Shown: positions 12,015-24,293, counted from the stretch's first letter. The stretch: DNA of 64,000 nucleotides from Harriotta raleighana (GCA_050575255.1 JBNZDD010013732.1:10322801-10386800); one strand, 5' to 3'. Notes: generated from the sequence alone by a model not told the origin. Numbers and translations: made by a program.

Positions 12015-12364
12015 AATAATAATACTAATAATAATAATAATCTTTGCATTTGATACAGCACTTTTCACATCTTCTCAACGTCTCAAAGCACTTCACAGAA
12101 TATACTGTAAAGTGAATTGACTGTATATTTGTGGGCAAAATGGACAGTATCCAGTGGGATACTGCTTGCACACAGCAGTATCCCACAAACAGTCTTGGAT
12201 TAAAATGATCAATTTTTATTATTGTGTTTTTTTTTTTGTATGGATTATTATTAGACGTGTGGAGTAAAGAAACTTGCTCAAGGTTTTGTCCTGATCTGCC
12301 TGGATTTGAACACGGTTCTCACGCTTGTAACGCGAGTGTTCTAACCACTGAACTACAGGAGTCC
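12015..12364 (-). mobile_element. Full-length tRNA-derived Deu SINE (young family)
   Basis: Head ggactcctgtagttcagtggttagaacactcgcgttacaagcgtgagaaccgtgttcaaatcc, Deu body and (ATT)n tail. Aligns with copies at 25233 and 62024. Confidence 0.9.
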
Positions 12365-13579
12365 TTTCACTGCCACAAAATACCAAAGTAAGGGACAACA
12401 AAATTGTCATTCATGCTTAGGGTCTATTTCACCCAAGATTTAGAATTTGTTGGATTTACTTCTGTTTTCCTTCTGTTACAAAATTAGAACCAACTTGTGC
12501 ATAAGGGAGCTGCTACTTACATTTTGAAGTTCAAATAAATTATACATACAGGATTATGCACAATTTTATCCTGGAGTGAAGAAGCTCAATGATCGCTTAT
12601 TTCTCATAAAAAAATATTAGATGTGCCTTTCTCATGGTTTGCTGAGATACTGCTGAAAGATAATTGCGAGAAATGGGGTCAGCGAACACGAGGTCATAAC
12701 TACTGGTGAGGCAAAGGCTGCATTTTAAACCTTCCAACCTCCTGTGGCAAAAGCTGCGAACTTTCGTTTTGCACTCTTTAGAAAATTCTTGCTTTCTCTG
12801 TTTCCATGGATTGAGCATGAACACAGCTAAATAAAAACTCTTCCCAGCACATACTGAGATACCACAAGGAGAAACATCAACCTTTTCTCATTCTCAAGGT
12901 TCTGAGTGATCCCAGCCGATGACCTGACATTTGTTCCTTATCCGTTGTGTGAAATGTTTCTAACTTTCTGTACTTTTTGCAAATGTGAATTATTACTTTG
13001 ATATCTCAACACAGGCTCTAAATTATTATTTGAGGTTGGTCATGGGATGTTTAGTAAGGAACTGTTTTGACAGGGTTAACACCATGTGCTAGCATAGCTC
13101 TGTATTTTGTGCTTGAATAAGTATTTGGTTGAATGCTGTGCATGATCTGTCTTAATATATACAAGAACACTATATATTTATATACCTGTAAATATATATA
13201 CACATTTCACCCATAAAATATACCTTCAATTCACTTTACAATATATTCTGTGAAGCACTTTGAAACATCTGAAAGAAGTGATAAGACCCTATGTGAAATA
13301 CAAGGATTATTATTCTTATTATTGTAACTTCAAACCCCAACAACAACAAAATCACACTTTTAAACAAACAATGTTGCCCCTGAGGATATTGTTAGACATG
13401 GTTCTCCTCAAAAGGGTGAAGGACTGAGTGGATCTGGCCGGATTTGAACCTAAACCTTGTTTGAGTCTAGTCACCGTACATCTTGTAATGGTAGCTGCAG
13501 TGCCTACATTTATGCTATGCTCCTCTTCCAATAGCTATCTCTGATGCAAAACTGTTGAATATATTTCAGTTTCATAAAT

Positions 13580-14300
13580 TTTTGATGAAAGGCAAATGAA
13601 CTGCAGACGCTGGCCCTGAAATAATGGAAGTAAATCCCTACAAAATGATCCCCCTTACTTCTGGCACTAATCTGTCAAATTTCAAATTGTCAAACATAAT
13701 GAATTGATGGCAAAACCTGACATAGACCGCATGTATTTGCATGGCAAATCAGCATGTCGTTCAATTGATAGACATAGTGAAACTGGATGTTGTGGTTGCT
13801 ATGGCGGGCAATTTCTTAATACAGCTTACAAAGCCTTGTCTAAAAACAATTCACTCATTGTCAGCACAATTGATTTTTTTTAGTCCAAAGCACCAATATA
13901 GGCTGTGATGGACACAAATCCACATCCTGACAGATTGTTTCGTAAATTAATTAGTTATTAGTGGCAGGAGCGTCATGCTATGGTAGCCTGCCATGCAGCC
14001 GTCAATCCAGCAAACAAGCTGTGATTCTCTGCTAGATTCCTGGGGTGACACTTAAGCAGTTAGAGCTTTAAACAGAAAAACACATGCTTTAGTACAAGGG
14101 TAGCTTTTAAGTTTGCAAGCCCTCGATTGAAGCTTAATTGATTGTGCCATGCGCCCTGCTGCGAATACTCAATCTGATCAATGCTAATACAGCTTGAAAA
14201 CTGGGCCAACCAGTTAAACATCCACCACCCACAATCAAACCACTTCTATTAACTCCTGGCAATCAAACGTTTCTGTGGACCTGGAAATGTCAATGTGCTA
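13580..14300. promoter_or_regulatory. Candidate conserved non-coding element / developmental enhancer
   Basis: Repeat-free, with clustered TGACA/TGTCA (TALE) sites, TAAT/ATTA, octamer ATTTGCAT (13735-13742) and an X-box-like GTTGCTATGGC (13795). Conservation cannot be seen from one sequence. Confidence 0.4.
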
Positions 14301-14804
14301 TTATGGATTCAAATTTTAACTTGAATTGAAATTCACTCTTATCAGCCAAGGGGACAACACAACGCCAAGCAATCAAACAACATTTTCTTGTCTCTTGTTA
14401 CAATGTGGTCGTCAAGATGAGGGATGACAGCTCTGGAAAAAGGAATTGTTTTACTCCTACGGACCAACTGCTTGTGTCACATGGGCTACAACGCAACCGG
14501 GGGACTCTGAACATGTTAGAAACAATGAGAGTGATACACTTACCAGAAACCAGGGAATTATAGTACAATCCACCATCATAGCTACTTTACAAAGTTAGTT
14601 TAGCATTATAATTAAAAACAATGCGATGCCTGGCTTCTGAGTGATCTGTAGTAAGATTCCAAGGCTACAGTGTATTGTTTAAAGCATAAATACTTTCTCC
14701 TGCTAAGGTATTTGTGCAAACTACACTTTTGCTGTTTTAAAATATATTTTGTCGTATTTTATGCCACTGGATCCCCTTTTGTACAGAGCTATGTGGTTCA
14801 GAAC

Positions 14805-15095
14805 AAAACAATAATAAAAGTGGTCACTTCAATCCATGACTGTTTGTGGGATACTGCTATGCGCAATTGGCGTCGCGTTTCGCCCACAAATCAATTCACT
14901 CATTGTCACTTTACAGCATATTCTGTGAAGCTTTTTGAGACGTTTAGAAGCTGTGAAAAGCACTATGTTTTCACCATAGATGCTACATGACCTGCAGAAT
15001 GTTCTTAGTGATTTCTGTTTTTGTTTCAGATTTCCAGCACCTGTAGTATTTTGCGTTTTTGCATGGATTATTAAAATTATTATTACTGTTATTAT
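14805..15095 (+). mobile_element. 3' half of Deu SINE interrupted by a Penelope-like terminal fragment (~14968-15060)
   Basis: aataataaaagtggtcacttcaatccatgactgtttgtgggatactgctatgcgcaattgg, then catagatgctacatgacctgc...tcagatttccagcacctgtagtattttgc. Confidence 0.8.
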
Positions 15096-15469
15096 TGGAG
15101 ATGCCAGACATTTAACATGACATGAAGAAGACCTTAAACATGAGAATAAAATTCTGCAGATGCCTGAATGGGTATTTCTTATTGTGAAAACAATTCTACT
15201 GGTATCAGTGACCAGGAATAATTTATGGAAGCATGTTTCATCATTTGATTAGTTTACAATCAAATGTAAATCAAATGTCCTTCTTCTTAATCCCATTTTT
15301 GTGACTTTTCTCTATCTCACTGGATATGTATGTGCATAAACGTATCAAGACTTAAAATGTATTAAGGCACTTAATATGTTTATTTCTCAGGAGAAATAAT
15401 TAAGTGTCTTAATACATAATCAAGAGAGAAATATGTATAAATCTCTCTCTTTCTCTCTCTCAATTTCAA

Positions 15470-15635
15470 ACATCTCAATTGGTTCCCTATTGGAGGAGTG
15501 AATTCCAAATTCTCACAACCCTTCAATCAAACATATATTTTCTGGAGTTACTTTTAACATGATTAGCCTTCATTTTAAAATAATCTCCTCACTCTAGAAA
15601 TCTTTTTTTTTTCTCAATTGGAAACGAGTTTCAAA
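15470..15635 (-). mobile_element. CR1 ORF2 C-terminal fragment
   Basis: ggagtgaattccaaattctcacaaccct translates on the minus strand as RVVRIWNSL. Confidence 0.65.
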
Positions 15636-15722
15636 AACAACAACAAAATTACACTTGTATGGCACCTTTCACGTCAGGAGGACGTCCCAAAGTGCTGAAC
15701 AGTCAAGTCGGGGCCCGAGCAG
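15636..15722 (-). mobile_element. L2 3' stub
   Basis: aacaacaacaaaattacacttgtatggcacctttcacgtcaggaggacgtcccaaagtgctgaacagtc. Confidence 0.88.
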
Positions 15723-15803
15723 CTGCATTTCAAATATTAGCCTGTCATTATTACATGATACAACCATGAAATTACCCCGCCAAGAGTTCTTCAACTATAA
15801 ACG

Positions 15804-16378
15804 GGAAGTACTGTAGCGTAATGGTTAGTGCACTCGCCTCACAAGTGAGATGACCTGGGCTCAATTCACAGGCAGTGTGGAACTTTAGAAAAGTTTCCTT
15901 ACTCCACTCCTTGCTCCCTCCCTTGCCTTCTTCAAGGCAAGAATCAAGACCCTAGTTTTTGAATGTGCCTTCAGCCACCCCCCTACCTGTCTGCCCTCCC
16001 TCATTCCAACCCTGCCCCCACACGCTGATCCCTGACTGTCCAGTGCCCTGGGTTGTCCTCCCAATGTGAAAGGCACTTTCCAAATGTAATTTGGTTGTTC
16101 TTGTAACTTCAATCACCAGGGGTAATAATCTCTTCAGGTTTATTTTAAATATAATAAACCAGTCACTTAATCCACAAATGTTTATGGGACGCTGCTGTAC
16201 ACAATTGGCTGACGCACTTTGCCCACAAAATGTAGGCAATTCAACTCAAAGTTGTTTTGAGCCTTAATTTTAAAATGATATCCTCACTCTAGAAATCATT
16301 TTTTTCCTCAATTGAAAGTGAGTTTCAACAAGATGTGACAAGGGGCAATATAGGATGCAAGGATTATTTATTATTATA
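15804..16378 (+). mobile_element. Deu SINE disrupted by an L2 3' fragment (~15909-16105) and a 70-bp copied segment
   Basis: tRNA head at 15804-15908, L2 3' UTR and tail, Deu body at ~16175-16235, SINE tail at 16330-16378. Confidence 0.75.
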
Positions 16379-16490
16379 ATTCAATCCTGGGTTCTTAATT
16401 CAGTGCACAATCACTAAGACAAATGCTCAGAACTAACAGAATTAATCAGTACTTCGAAGGTTTTGTCAAATCTCTCCAAATTGAGGAAAT

Positions 16491-16591
16491 TTAAGCTGTA
16501 TTAGCATTGATTTTTCTAGTTCAGACAACAAATTTATGCATAATTTTTGTTGTCTATCTAAATTAGAAAAATCAACGCTAATACAGCTTGA
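16491..16591. repeat. ~100 bp near-perfect inverted repeat (hairpin)
   Basis: AAGCTGTATTAGCATTGATTTTTCTAGTT pairs with AATTAGAAAAATCAACGCTAATACAGCTT. Inner AGACAACAAA pairs with TTTGTTGTCT around the palindromic centre TTATGCATAA. Confidence 0.92.
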
Positions 16592-17243
16592 AAACTGGGC
16601 CAAGCCGTTAAATGTCCAACAATCAAAATCAAACTACTTCATTAATTTCTGGCAATGAAACATTTGTACGTATGTTCCCCATGTAAGTTGTCACAAAAAA
16701 GACTGTCATTTGGTTGTAAGTTCGCCATGGACATTACTTCCCACGTGCATGAGTATAATGCACAGGTAGTACCACTAACATTGTTTCCTATGCAATGCAA
16801 TACAATTCAATGAACCAATCCTATCAGTGTTGATTTCAATCTAAAGCACGCATAATACTGTACACTTCGCTAAATTAGCAATAGAAATTGAAAGGCGATG
16901 CTTTTAACATTAATCACTTAAAAAGAAGTCTGACAAAGATTTCCACAACCTCATTTGCAGCAAAATTTGTTTTATTTTCAATCCTGAAATAGTTCCTGGC
17001 ATCTGCTCAGTCCAATGCATGGCATTGCTGTTTCAAGCCCAATATACCAATGGAGCCAGCTGGTATTCTTTGTGCGTGCACAGTGAGGCTAATGATAATG
17101 TAACCGATGATACCACAATGCAGAAGTACTGACCGGTACTGTTTATGGTCATAATGAGTTTCCCGATGTGAGTGGGTTGAATTTTACGGGCTGAGCACTC
17201 CCTTATAAGGTGATTCCAATATATTTACCAACATTCATGGTGA

Positions 17244-17310
17244 GAACAAAAAACAAATTACATTTATAGAACGTCCTTCACATCGGGAAGATGTCCCAAG
17301 GCGCTGGACA
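17244..17310 (-). mobile_element. L2 3' stub
   Basis: aacaaattacatttatagaacgtccttcacatcgggaagatgtcccaaggcgctggaca. Confidence 0.8.
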
Positions 17311-19000
17311 TAATAAGGCGACATAAGGCGAGAACATAATTTGTTTCAATGAACCATTGCAAGAATAGGACCAGTTGACCCTACTGCAGGCCTGGATAGC
17401 TTCTGAAAAAAGATCAGCGATGGTTCATACATTACTTTTTCAGTTTCTGTTATGCTTGGGCACCTTGGTATGTTTTTGATAACTGCACAGCAATGACAAT
17501 TGATTACCAAAGAGCGGTGATTTCTCTGTTTCTGATCCAACCATACAGTGCTTCTGGATTCATCACTACAAACCCTTTATGGCTTTCAATGGATAACTAA
17601 ATAAAGTATTGAGCTCGCTCTGTGAGGTGCATCACCTGCTTAAAAAAGAACTCCAAAAATCTTCAGAACACAAAAAGATAAAAGAGAATGGAAAATGAGC
17701 AGGGAATTGGGATAAGAGCTGTTAGCTACAATGGAGAAACTAGCTGGCACCAGTGAAGCCCTGAACACCAGTTAACTAGCTGAAAATATTAGATTTATTT
17801 TGCCCTCCAGAATATTGTCATTATAGTCATTACTTGGGTTGCTGTGTTGGACATAAAATTACCCAATTTATCAGCGGATTGTCAATGAGTAGATCCCAGC
17901 AGTATTGATTTAAGTCTATATCGCCCACTTTGCACTTCACTATATCACCAATAGACACAGAAAGGCAATGCTTTTAACATTGATCACCACTTAAAATGAA
18001 GACTGATAAACATTTCCAAAACCACATTTGTGGTAAAATATTGTTTGTTTCTTCCCCTGAAAGTTTCTACTGAAATGCTTATAGATATGTATCACTCAAA
18101 GAGAATTTTGAAGAGAACCATAGCCATACAGCATGGACATTGAAGAGTTAGATGTCTCATGTTGAAGCAATGGAATAATATTGCTTGGATGATAAAGAAC
18201 ACAAGGCGATGAATCCCCAAACAGCTTCAATTTGACCTCAGATTTAAGGGCAACAGGGGTCGAATGACCACCACATTTCATATGCTAATTTTCTCTGTCC
18301 TCAGCCCACAGAAAGTCCACAAAGAGAATATCTATTTCTCATTTAAAAAAAGAGATCTTTTTTTTTACATACATCAGAAATAATTTCTTTATTTCACTTA
18401 TTATTTCATAAATATTTACAAGTAGCTCAGTGAGCTGAGGTGCTATCGACTGCATTCAATGGACAATGAATCATATCCAGAATAGGGATCAGAAATCTCG
18501 AAGGCAACAGTTGGAAATCTGTCTGAGAGCTTCTAAATCTATTCCTGTGATAAGCTTTTTTTTAAACTGATTCTATAAAATTTGATGAATGCTCCTATAC
18601 TGCATTTTATTGACCAATTTATGAAATGTTCCTGCATAAATTCAACTTAGTATAATAAAACTCATTTAAGATAAGCAGTGGTACTCTCATTAGGTTACAG
18701 CCATGAATTTGGTCTTCTAAAGTTGTTAGAAGCACAACTGTGTTAAAAACAGAAAACTGTTCCTATTCATTGAGCCATTCTGAACCAAGTAGTGAGCGCT
18801 TTCTGGTATAAGCACTTTATATTGGAACAAATTACAATCAGTGGATGTACTGCACTGCTAGGAGGCTGCCTGACTCTCACACAACTGTCTCGGAGGACAG
18901 CCATTGATTTTCTAGTTATTATGAACACAAAATTATTGAATGACAGATGATAGAGTGTTAGTTCTACAAGTATTTCCCCAAAAGGGCCAGCTACTCCTGT

Positions 19001-19014
19001 GTTGCCATAGCAAC
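19001..19014. promoter_or_regulatory. RFX X-box motif
   Basis: GTTGCCATAGCAAC fits the canonical X-box GTNRCCATRGYAAC and lies in repeat-free sequence. Confidence 0.5.
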
Positions 19015-19232
19015 CGGTGCTGTTTGACAGAGCTTATAACAAAAGAACTGCTTGCACTGATCAACGACAATACAGCACTCTTCGTGCTGGAACCACAAAA
19101 CAAAACATAACAACGCAAGAGTTTGCTAGCCGGGCAAGTAGATGAATGTGCTTATTTAACTCTATTTGGTCAACTCTATTCAGCCTGCATTTGCAAAATG
19201 TGTTTCTGACCTAGTGGTTAATAATGGTTGCA

Positions 19233-19378
19233 CTCCTTCAAGGCCTGTCTCTAACTGTACCTTCAGTCACCCTTCCACCTCCGCCTCCACCCCAACCCTT
19301 ATGTGACTTGACTGTCCAGTCACTGGAAGCTATTTCCGACATAAAAGGCGCTATATAAATGCAAAACATTGTTGTTGT
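19233..19378 (+). mobile_element. L2 3' fragment
   Basis: ctccttcaaggcc...tgactgtccagcactggaagctatttccgacataaaaggcgctatataaatgc...ttgttgttg. Confidence 0.75.
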
Positions 19379-22300
19379 AACGTTGTTGCTATACAGCTAA
19401 CAGCACAGTGCCTTCTTGGAAATGGAGGTACTGCATCGTAGCTCACAACTGCTTAAACCAATTGGGGGAAAACAACATTAAGATTGACCAAAACTGTCAC
19501 ACATCAAAAGGCAACATGAGTGGGAATTCAAGCACAAGCAAACCACAAAGCGGTCAGGATCTTGCAAATGGACCGCACAAAGGCAAACTGTTCCTGCAAA
19601 TGGACCGCACAAAGGCAAATCCACGCTTCTATCACCTGAGTTCATACTAAAATGTCGGGATGATTTGGTTTTTAAAAGAATTACAACTTTGTTGGGGCAT
19701 TTGTGGAATGTTCTTCCCTATAAATGGCCCTCGTTGATTTTTGGTTAGAATTTATTTTTTAAATGTTGAGGCAATTTAGGTGATGGGCTCAGAACAGACC
19801 AGCATTCTTTAGGCTAAAATATGGCAGAAATGCTGGAGCCCGTGGTAGCCCACAGACAAATACCAAATTCTTGAAAGTAACCTTTTTTAAAAAACAGCAG
19901 ACAATTTTCCAAAGGCATTTTCTTGATTTGTAACTGATGGGGAAAAAACAGAATCTGAACATGGATTTCATTACCTTACCTTTGAATACTCTGGTGTTTA
20001 AGCCATCTGTCCCAGTTCATTTTGTAATATTTCTTAAGTCGGCAAGTTCTAACTTATGTCCATAATGGGTATTATGTGAGTGAAGTAGTTTGAAAAGCAA
20101 GAGAGAATCTAAGGTGCTTTGAAAATATCAAGGAAAATAATTTATGTCAAAAAACAGATCATATGAAAACCTTATGTTAGCATCATGAGCTTGGAATATG
20201 TTTGAAAATCAGTACCCCACCAACCAGACAAACCAGAGTTTCCACACTTACAACATGAACGTTGGACATATCCTACACCATGCATATAATTCAATAAGGT
20301 CATTAGATCCTCACCTGTATGGAAGCAAACCCAGAAAGAAACGGATGAGGCACACAGAGACACTCTATCCAGCATCTCCACTCAAGGATTGCTCTCCAAG
20401 CAGCGTAACATACATCTTTAAATTATAAGAGATCTGCAATGCCAAATAATTAGAAAGAGCAGTTCAATTTACATCTCATAGGAGACCACATGGGTGGCAG
20501 CAGATTTAGTAATTAGTACAGGAGATCATAATATGGTTGCGTTTAGTAAGGGGGAGGGATCCAGGATATCTAACTTAATTAATGAAAGCTAAATTATACT
20601 GAAGCAATGGCGAAGCATTTTAAGAGCGGAAATGATATGGAATGGATAAGTTGTATTGCCCTGTATACTTACTGTGTACTTGCAATTACCCTCCACCCCT
20701 TCGATGTATCACTGCTCTTTATACCTTCAAACAAGGCAGTAAGCCCTCCTCTAAACTCATATGTGACTTGCTGGGTAGTACTGGACAAAATCTATCCATA
20801 TCAGGTTGTCACGAGTCTAGCATGGGGCTACATGAGCGACATACATCATTTCCTTTATCAAAACTGCTTGACTCAACAGGCCCTGTGGAGAACTGATGTC
20901 CTTAAGTGATCCCTTTGCTGTTTTTTATGTAACTCTAGAGGCAGATTCAGTACATCTTTAAACCAATTTTCCCAGATGCCCAGTATAACCATGGAATCAG
21001 TCACCAACATAGGCGTAAACCACAAAATAAATATTGGTATTGAAAATGTGCATATTTCTGTTAATAATAATTTTAAACACCTTGCAAATATGCGAAAAAG
21101 AAAATCAGCATTTTTACATTGCAAACTACCCAAATGATGTAACCATTGACACACTCTGAACAAGTTAATACATTCAGACATATTCTGCAGTATGCTGAGT
21201 ATAGGCATCAACAGCTTCTGTTTTGACAAATGAAATTGTGTTGAAGATCCCGAGATCTGCTAAGAGTTTAATGGTAAACAATCTTGGAGCATATATGGAG
21301 ATGAATACAGGTGTATCACTGCTTGTAGGAAACTGTGTTTCCACTGACTGCATTGTCCCATACTTGTCAAACTATGCCTCAAGTTTAATGTGCACTATTT
21401 ATTTCCATTTGTATTTTAATGAGGGAACAGTCATTTGTAGATATGCAAACAAGAACAAATGATATAGGGAGCATCTCAAGGTTAAGTGTCATTCTTTCCG
21501 TCATTTTTAAGATTCTGGTAACATAAATGCATTCGTAATTTGCGAGTTAATTCCCATGCTGGCAGGAGTCTGAATGGGGGGAAAAAAATCTAAACTTAAT
21601 TAAAAACTAAAAGAGTTTTGCAGACACTGTATCTGAAACTTTTTTGTTTTATCTTGCTTACATTCAGAACTATTCAATTGAAGAGAAATGGATGGTGGAT
21701 AATGGATGCAGATCTTTTCTGTACTTAGGTGTATGCAGCATGAGGACAAATGAATAAACTTACTACATTGGAGGGAGAAAAATGGGAATAGAACTCTCAC
21801 CTGTGAAGCCAGAAAGATGAATGTTCAAACCTTAAATATAACAAAAGCTTAATTTCATAATTGTACCCCATCTTCTACAGCAATACAGATGACAATATTA
21901 ATGCACAAGGCACTACTGTATTAAGATCTCACCAGCCCAATCTGGTGGTTGCAGTGAATGGTATGGTACATGTATGGCAAGCAGGTAAACCTCACATAGG
22001 TCATATCATTTGGGATCATTTTTGCTTTTTGCTTGGAAGTTTTTTGCTTTTTGCTTGCATAAATCATATTAAATATGACTTATGCAAAGAATGAGTTATG
22101 TCAAACTTGCATAGAATATAAACTCTTGAACAGGAATGGGCATACAATTGATGTTCGATGTACGATTTAGGTGATTATACAATTTTATACAGATCAAACT
22201 TATGAGTTTTACTGTATTTTGAAGATGAACAGGGAGTTTTCACATTGGCCTGGCCAATGATAAGAATCCTTGCATTTATTACATCTTTGAGTCATCTCAA

Positions 22301-23042
22301 AGCACTTCACAGAATATACAGCGAACTATATTTTGTGGGAGAAAAGGGAACCGTACCCAGAAGATGTCCTTATAGCCTGTTAGTATCCAGAACAATGGTT
22401 CATGCCTTGGGAGACCCAGTTTTGTGGAAAAGCGTAAAATGTCTGGCAATAGAGGTCAACCATAGACATTGTGGAATCAGCCAGTATTTTTTTTTAGTGA
22501 CATACACAGCAAGAATAAGCACCATTACATGTTTCTGATTATAAATTTTTAGATCCTGGAAAACAGGAACCTGGATAGTAGAAAGCTGTGTTCTGCACCT
22601 CCCTGTTGCTGTACCTTCAGTGAGTTGTGTGTGAATTGCAGGAATCATTCAACTACTGCAGCATGTTCTCAGGAGTAGATGGAAGACCACAGGAGGAGAG
22701 GCTGCAAACCAGTGAAAGGTTACCAGTTGAATAATGTCTAATCACTCATTCTTCATTTGAATAAGAGCTCACTGAGGTGTTAAGATTGAAAAAAGAATTC
22801 TGTTTACACAGAGTAAACAGTGCATATTCAGCTCAAGTCTATTGATCTGTTCAGATCTGTAAATCCAAACTGTTCATTCTCCCTGGTGTATGCACTAACC
22901 TCCGGCCTTAGCTAGAATAATGAAGTGAGCAAGCAAAAAGTCTCAGATTATAGTCTGACATAAGCACTCATGGATCAGGCAGGACTGGAGGCTTCTTACA
23001 GCAGCCTAATTGAATCCCATTTCCTTCAGATATAGCTTACAA

Positions 23043-23152
23043 GAGGCTCCTCCAATGGCTCAGTGGTTAAAGACACCACTCAGTGCGGCACTTAGTCAAA
23101 TAGACTTGGCTCAATTTCTGCTATGTGCTGATTTTGTTATTCACATCAGGGA
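23043..23152 (+). mobile_element. Family X SINE head
   Basis: gaggctcctccaatggctcagtggttaaag (A box) followed by sequence like the head at 9581. Confidence 0.5.
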
Positions 23153-23183
23153 AATGGGAGCCATTCTGTTCAGATATAAAATA

Positions 23184-23415
23184 ATAATCCTTGGATTTGA
23201 TATAATAACAACAACTTTGATTTTTATAGCCCTCCACGCCGGACGGGTCTCAGAGCGTTTAAAATATAACGCTTTATCAAATCATATCATCTAGACGTAT
23301 CAGAGTATCTCACCGAATATACTGTAATGTAAATTGACTGTTTTGTGGGCAAAATTCTGCAGCAAACTGCACACAGTAGTGTCCCACAAACAGCCATGGA
23401 TTGTGTGACCAAATG
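23184..23415 (-). mobile_element. Deu SINE 3' part interrupted by a second-family L2 stub (23207-23260)
   Basis: SINE tail ataatccttggatttgata, then acaactttgatttttatagccctccacgccggacgggtctcagagcg, then Deu body tgcacacagtagtgtcccacaaacagcc. Confidence 0.75.
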
Positions 23416-23879
23416 ATTACTGTATTTAGAAAAAATGATATACCCCCGGAAAAGCAAACTAACTAACAAGCGGGTTCCTATTTCATGCTAGATAAACAGA
23501 TGCAAGTGGAGTAAGTAAACATGCCCAACCTCTGCTTGAATGTATCCCTCTGTAATTCTAAATAACTGAAGCACATTTTAAAAATTTTGCCTCATAGGAG
23601 ATTGGTCCATAAGGTTTGAAGATAAATTAAAGGGGTAGCTTCCCAATGGATTTGTAATTCATGAGATCATTTAAAGCATGAAGTGTGAAAAAATGTTTAG
23701 ACTTGCTGAAGATAGCAAGGTGTGATGATATGCAAATATAGCCCAGCCCCATTGTAACAAGGGAGTTCAGAAGAATGGTAAGAGGAGGGTTTTAAGAAAC
23801 AATACTCTGAATAAAAAAAACACAGAAGTTTCTGGGGAAACTCAGCAAGTCAGGTAGCATCGATGGAGAAAGGAAAGTG

Positions 23880-23916
23880 AGTCAACATTTCGGATCCATG
23901 ACTCTTCGTCAGAACT
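23880..23916 (-). ncRNA. Minimal type I hammerhead ribozyme motif (Penelope-associated), copy 1
   Basis: Minus strand reads AGTT-CTGACGA-AGAGTCATGGATCC-GAAA-TG-TT-GACT. The core boxes are intact; stem II and stem III each carry a substitution. Confidence 0.7.
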
Positions 23917-24293
23917 GGGGAGTGTTCTAGAGGGAGACGTTTTTAAGGACATTAGAGGGGGTGGGTGGGGGGGTGGGGGGGGGAGAAGGCAGGACATGGA
24001 AGACAAAGAAAAAGGAGTGTGAAAACTGACGGGTTGAAAAAGTGATAACGATGTATAGAAACAAAAAGGGGTGGGGGTAAATTTCAACGAAACTGGGGAG
24101 AAGAGGTGTTTAGTGGTGACAGAACAGACAGAAGGCAGAGGGTATCTGGAGTTATGATTGTGACGGGGGAGGGGTTGCTCTTATGGTCTGAAGTGGCTGA
24201 AATCGATGTTGAGGCCAGAGGGCTGCAAGGTCTCCAGCGGATAGATGAGGTGCTGTTACCTGAGGAAAAACCTCTCTCTCTAAAACACTCCCC

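Noticed and set aside
19563-19619. CRISPR-like repeat-spacer
   Set aside because: Only two repeats with a 7-bp spacer, in a vertebrate context with no cas genes.
20420-21480. CR1 RT remnants (also 51060-51260)
   Set aside because: Faint motif echoes such as EGTVICRYAN are too degraded to support or delimit.
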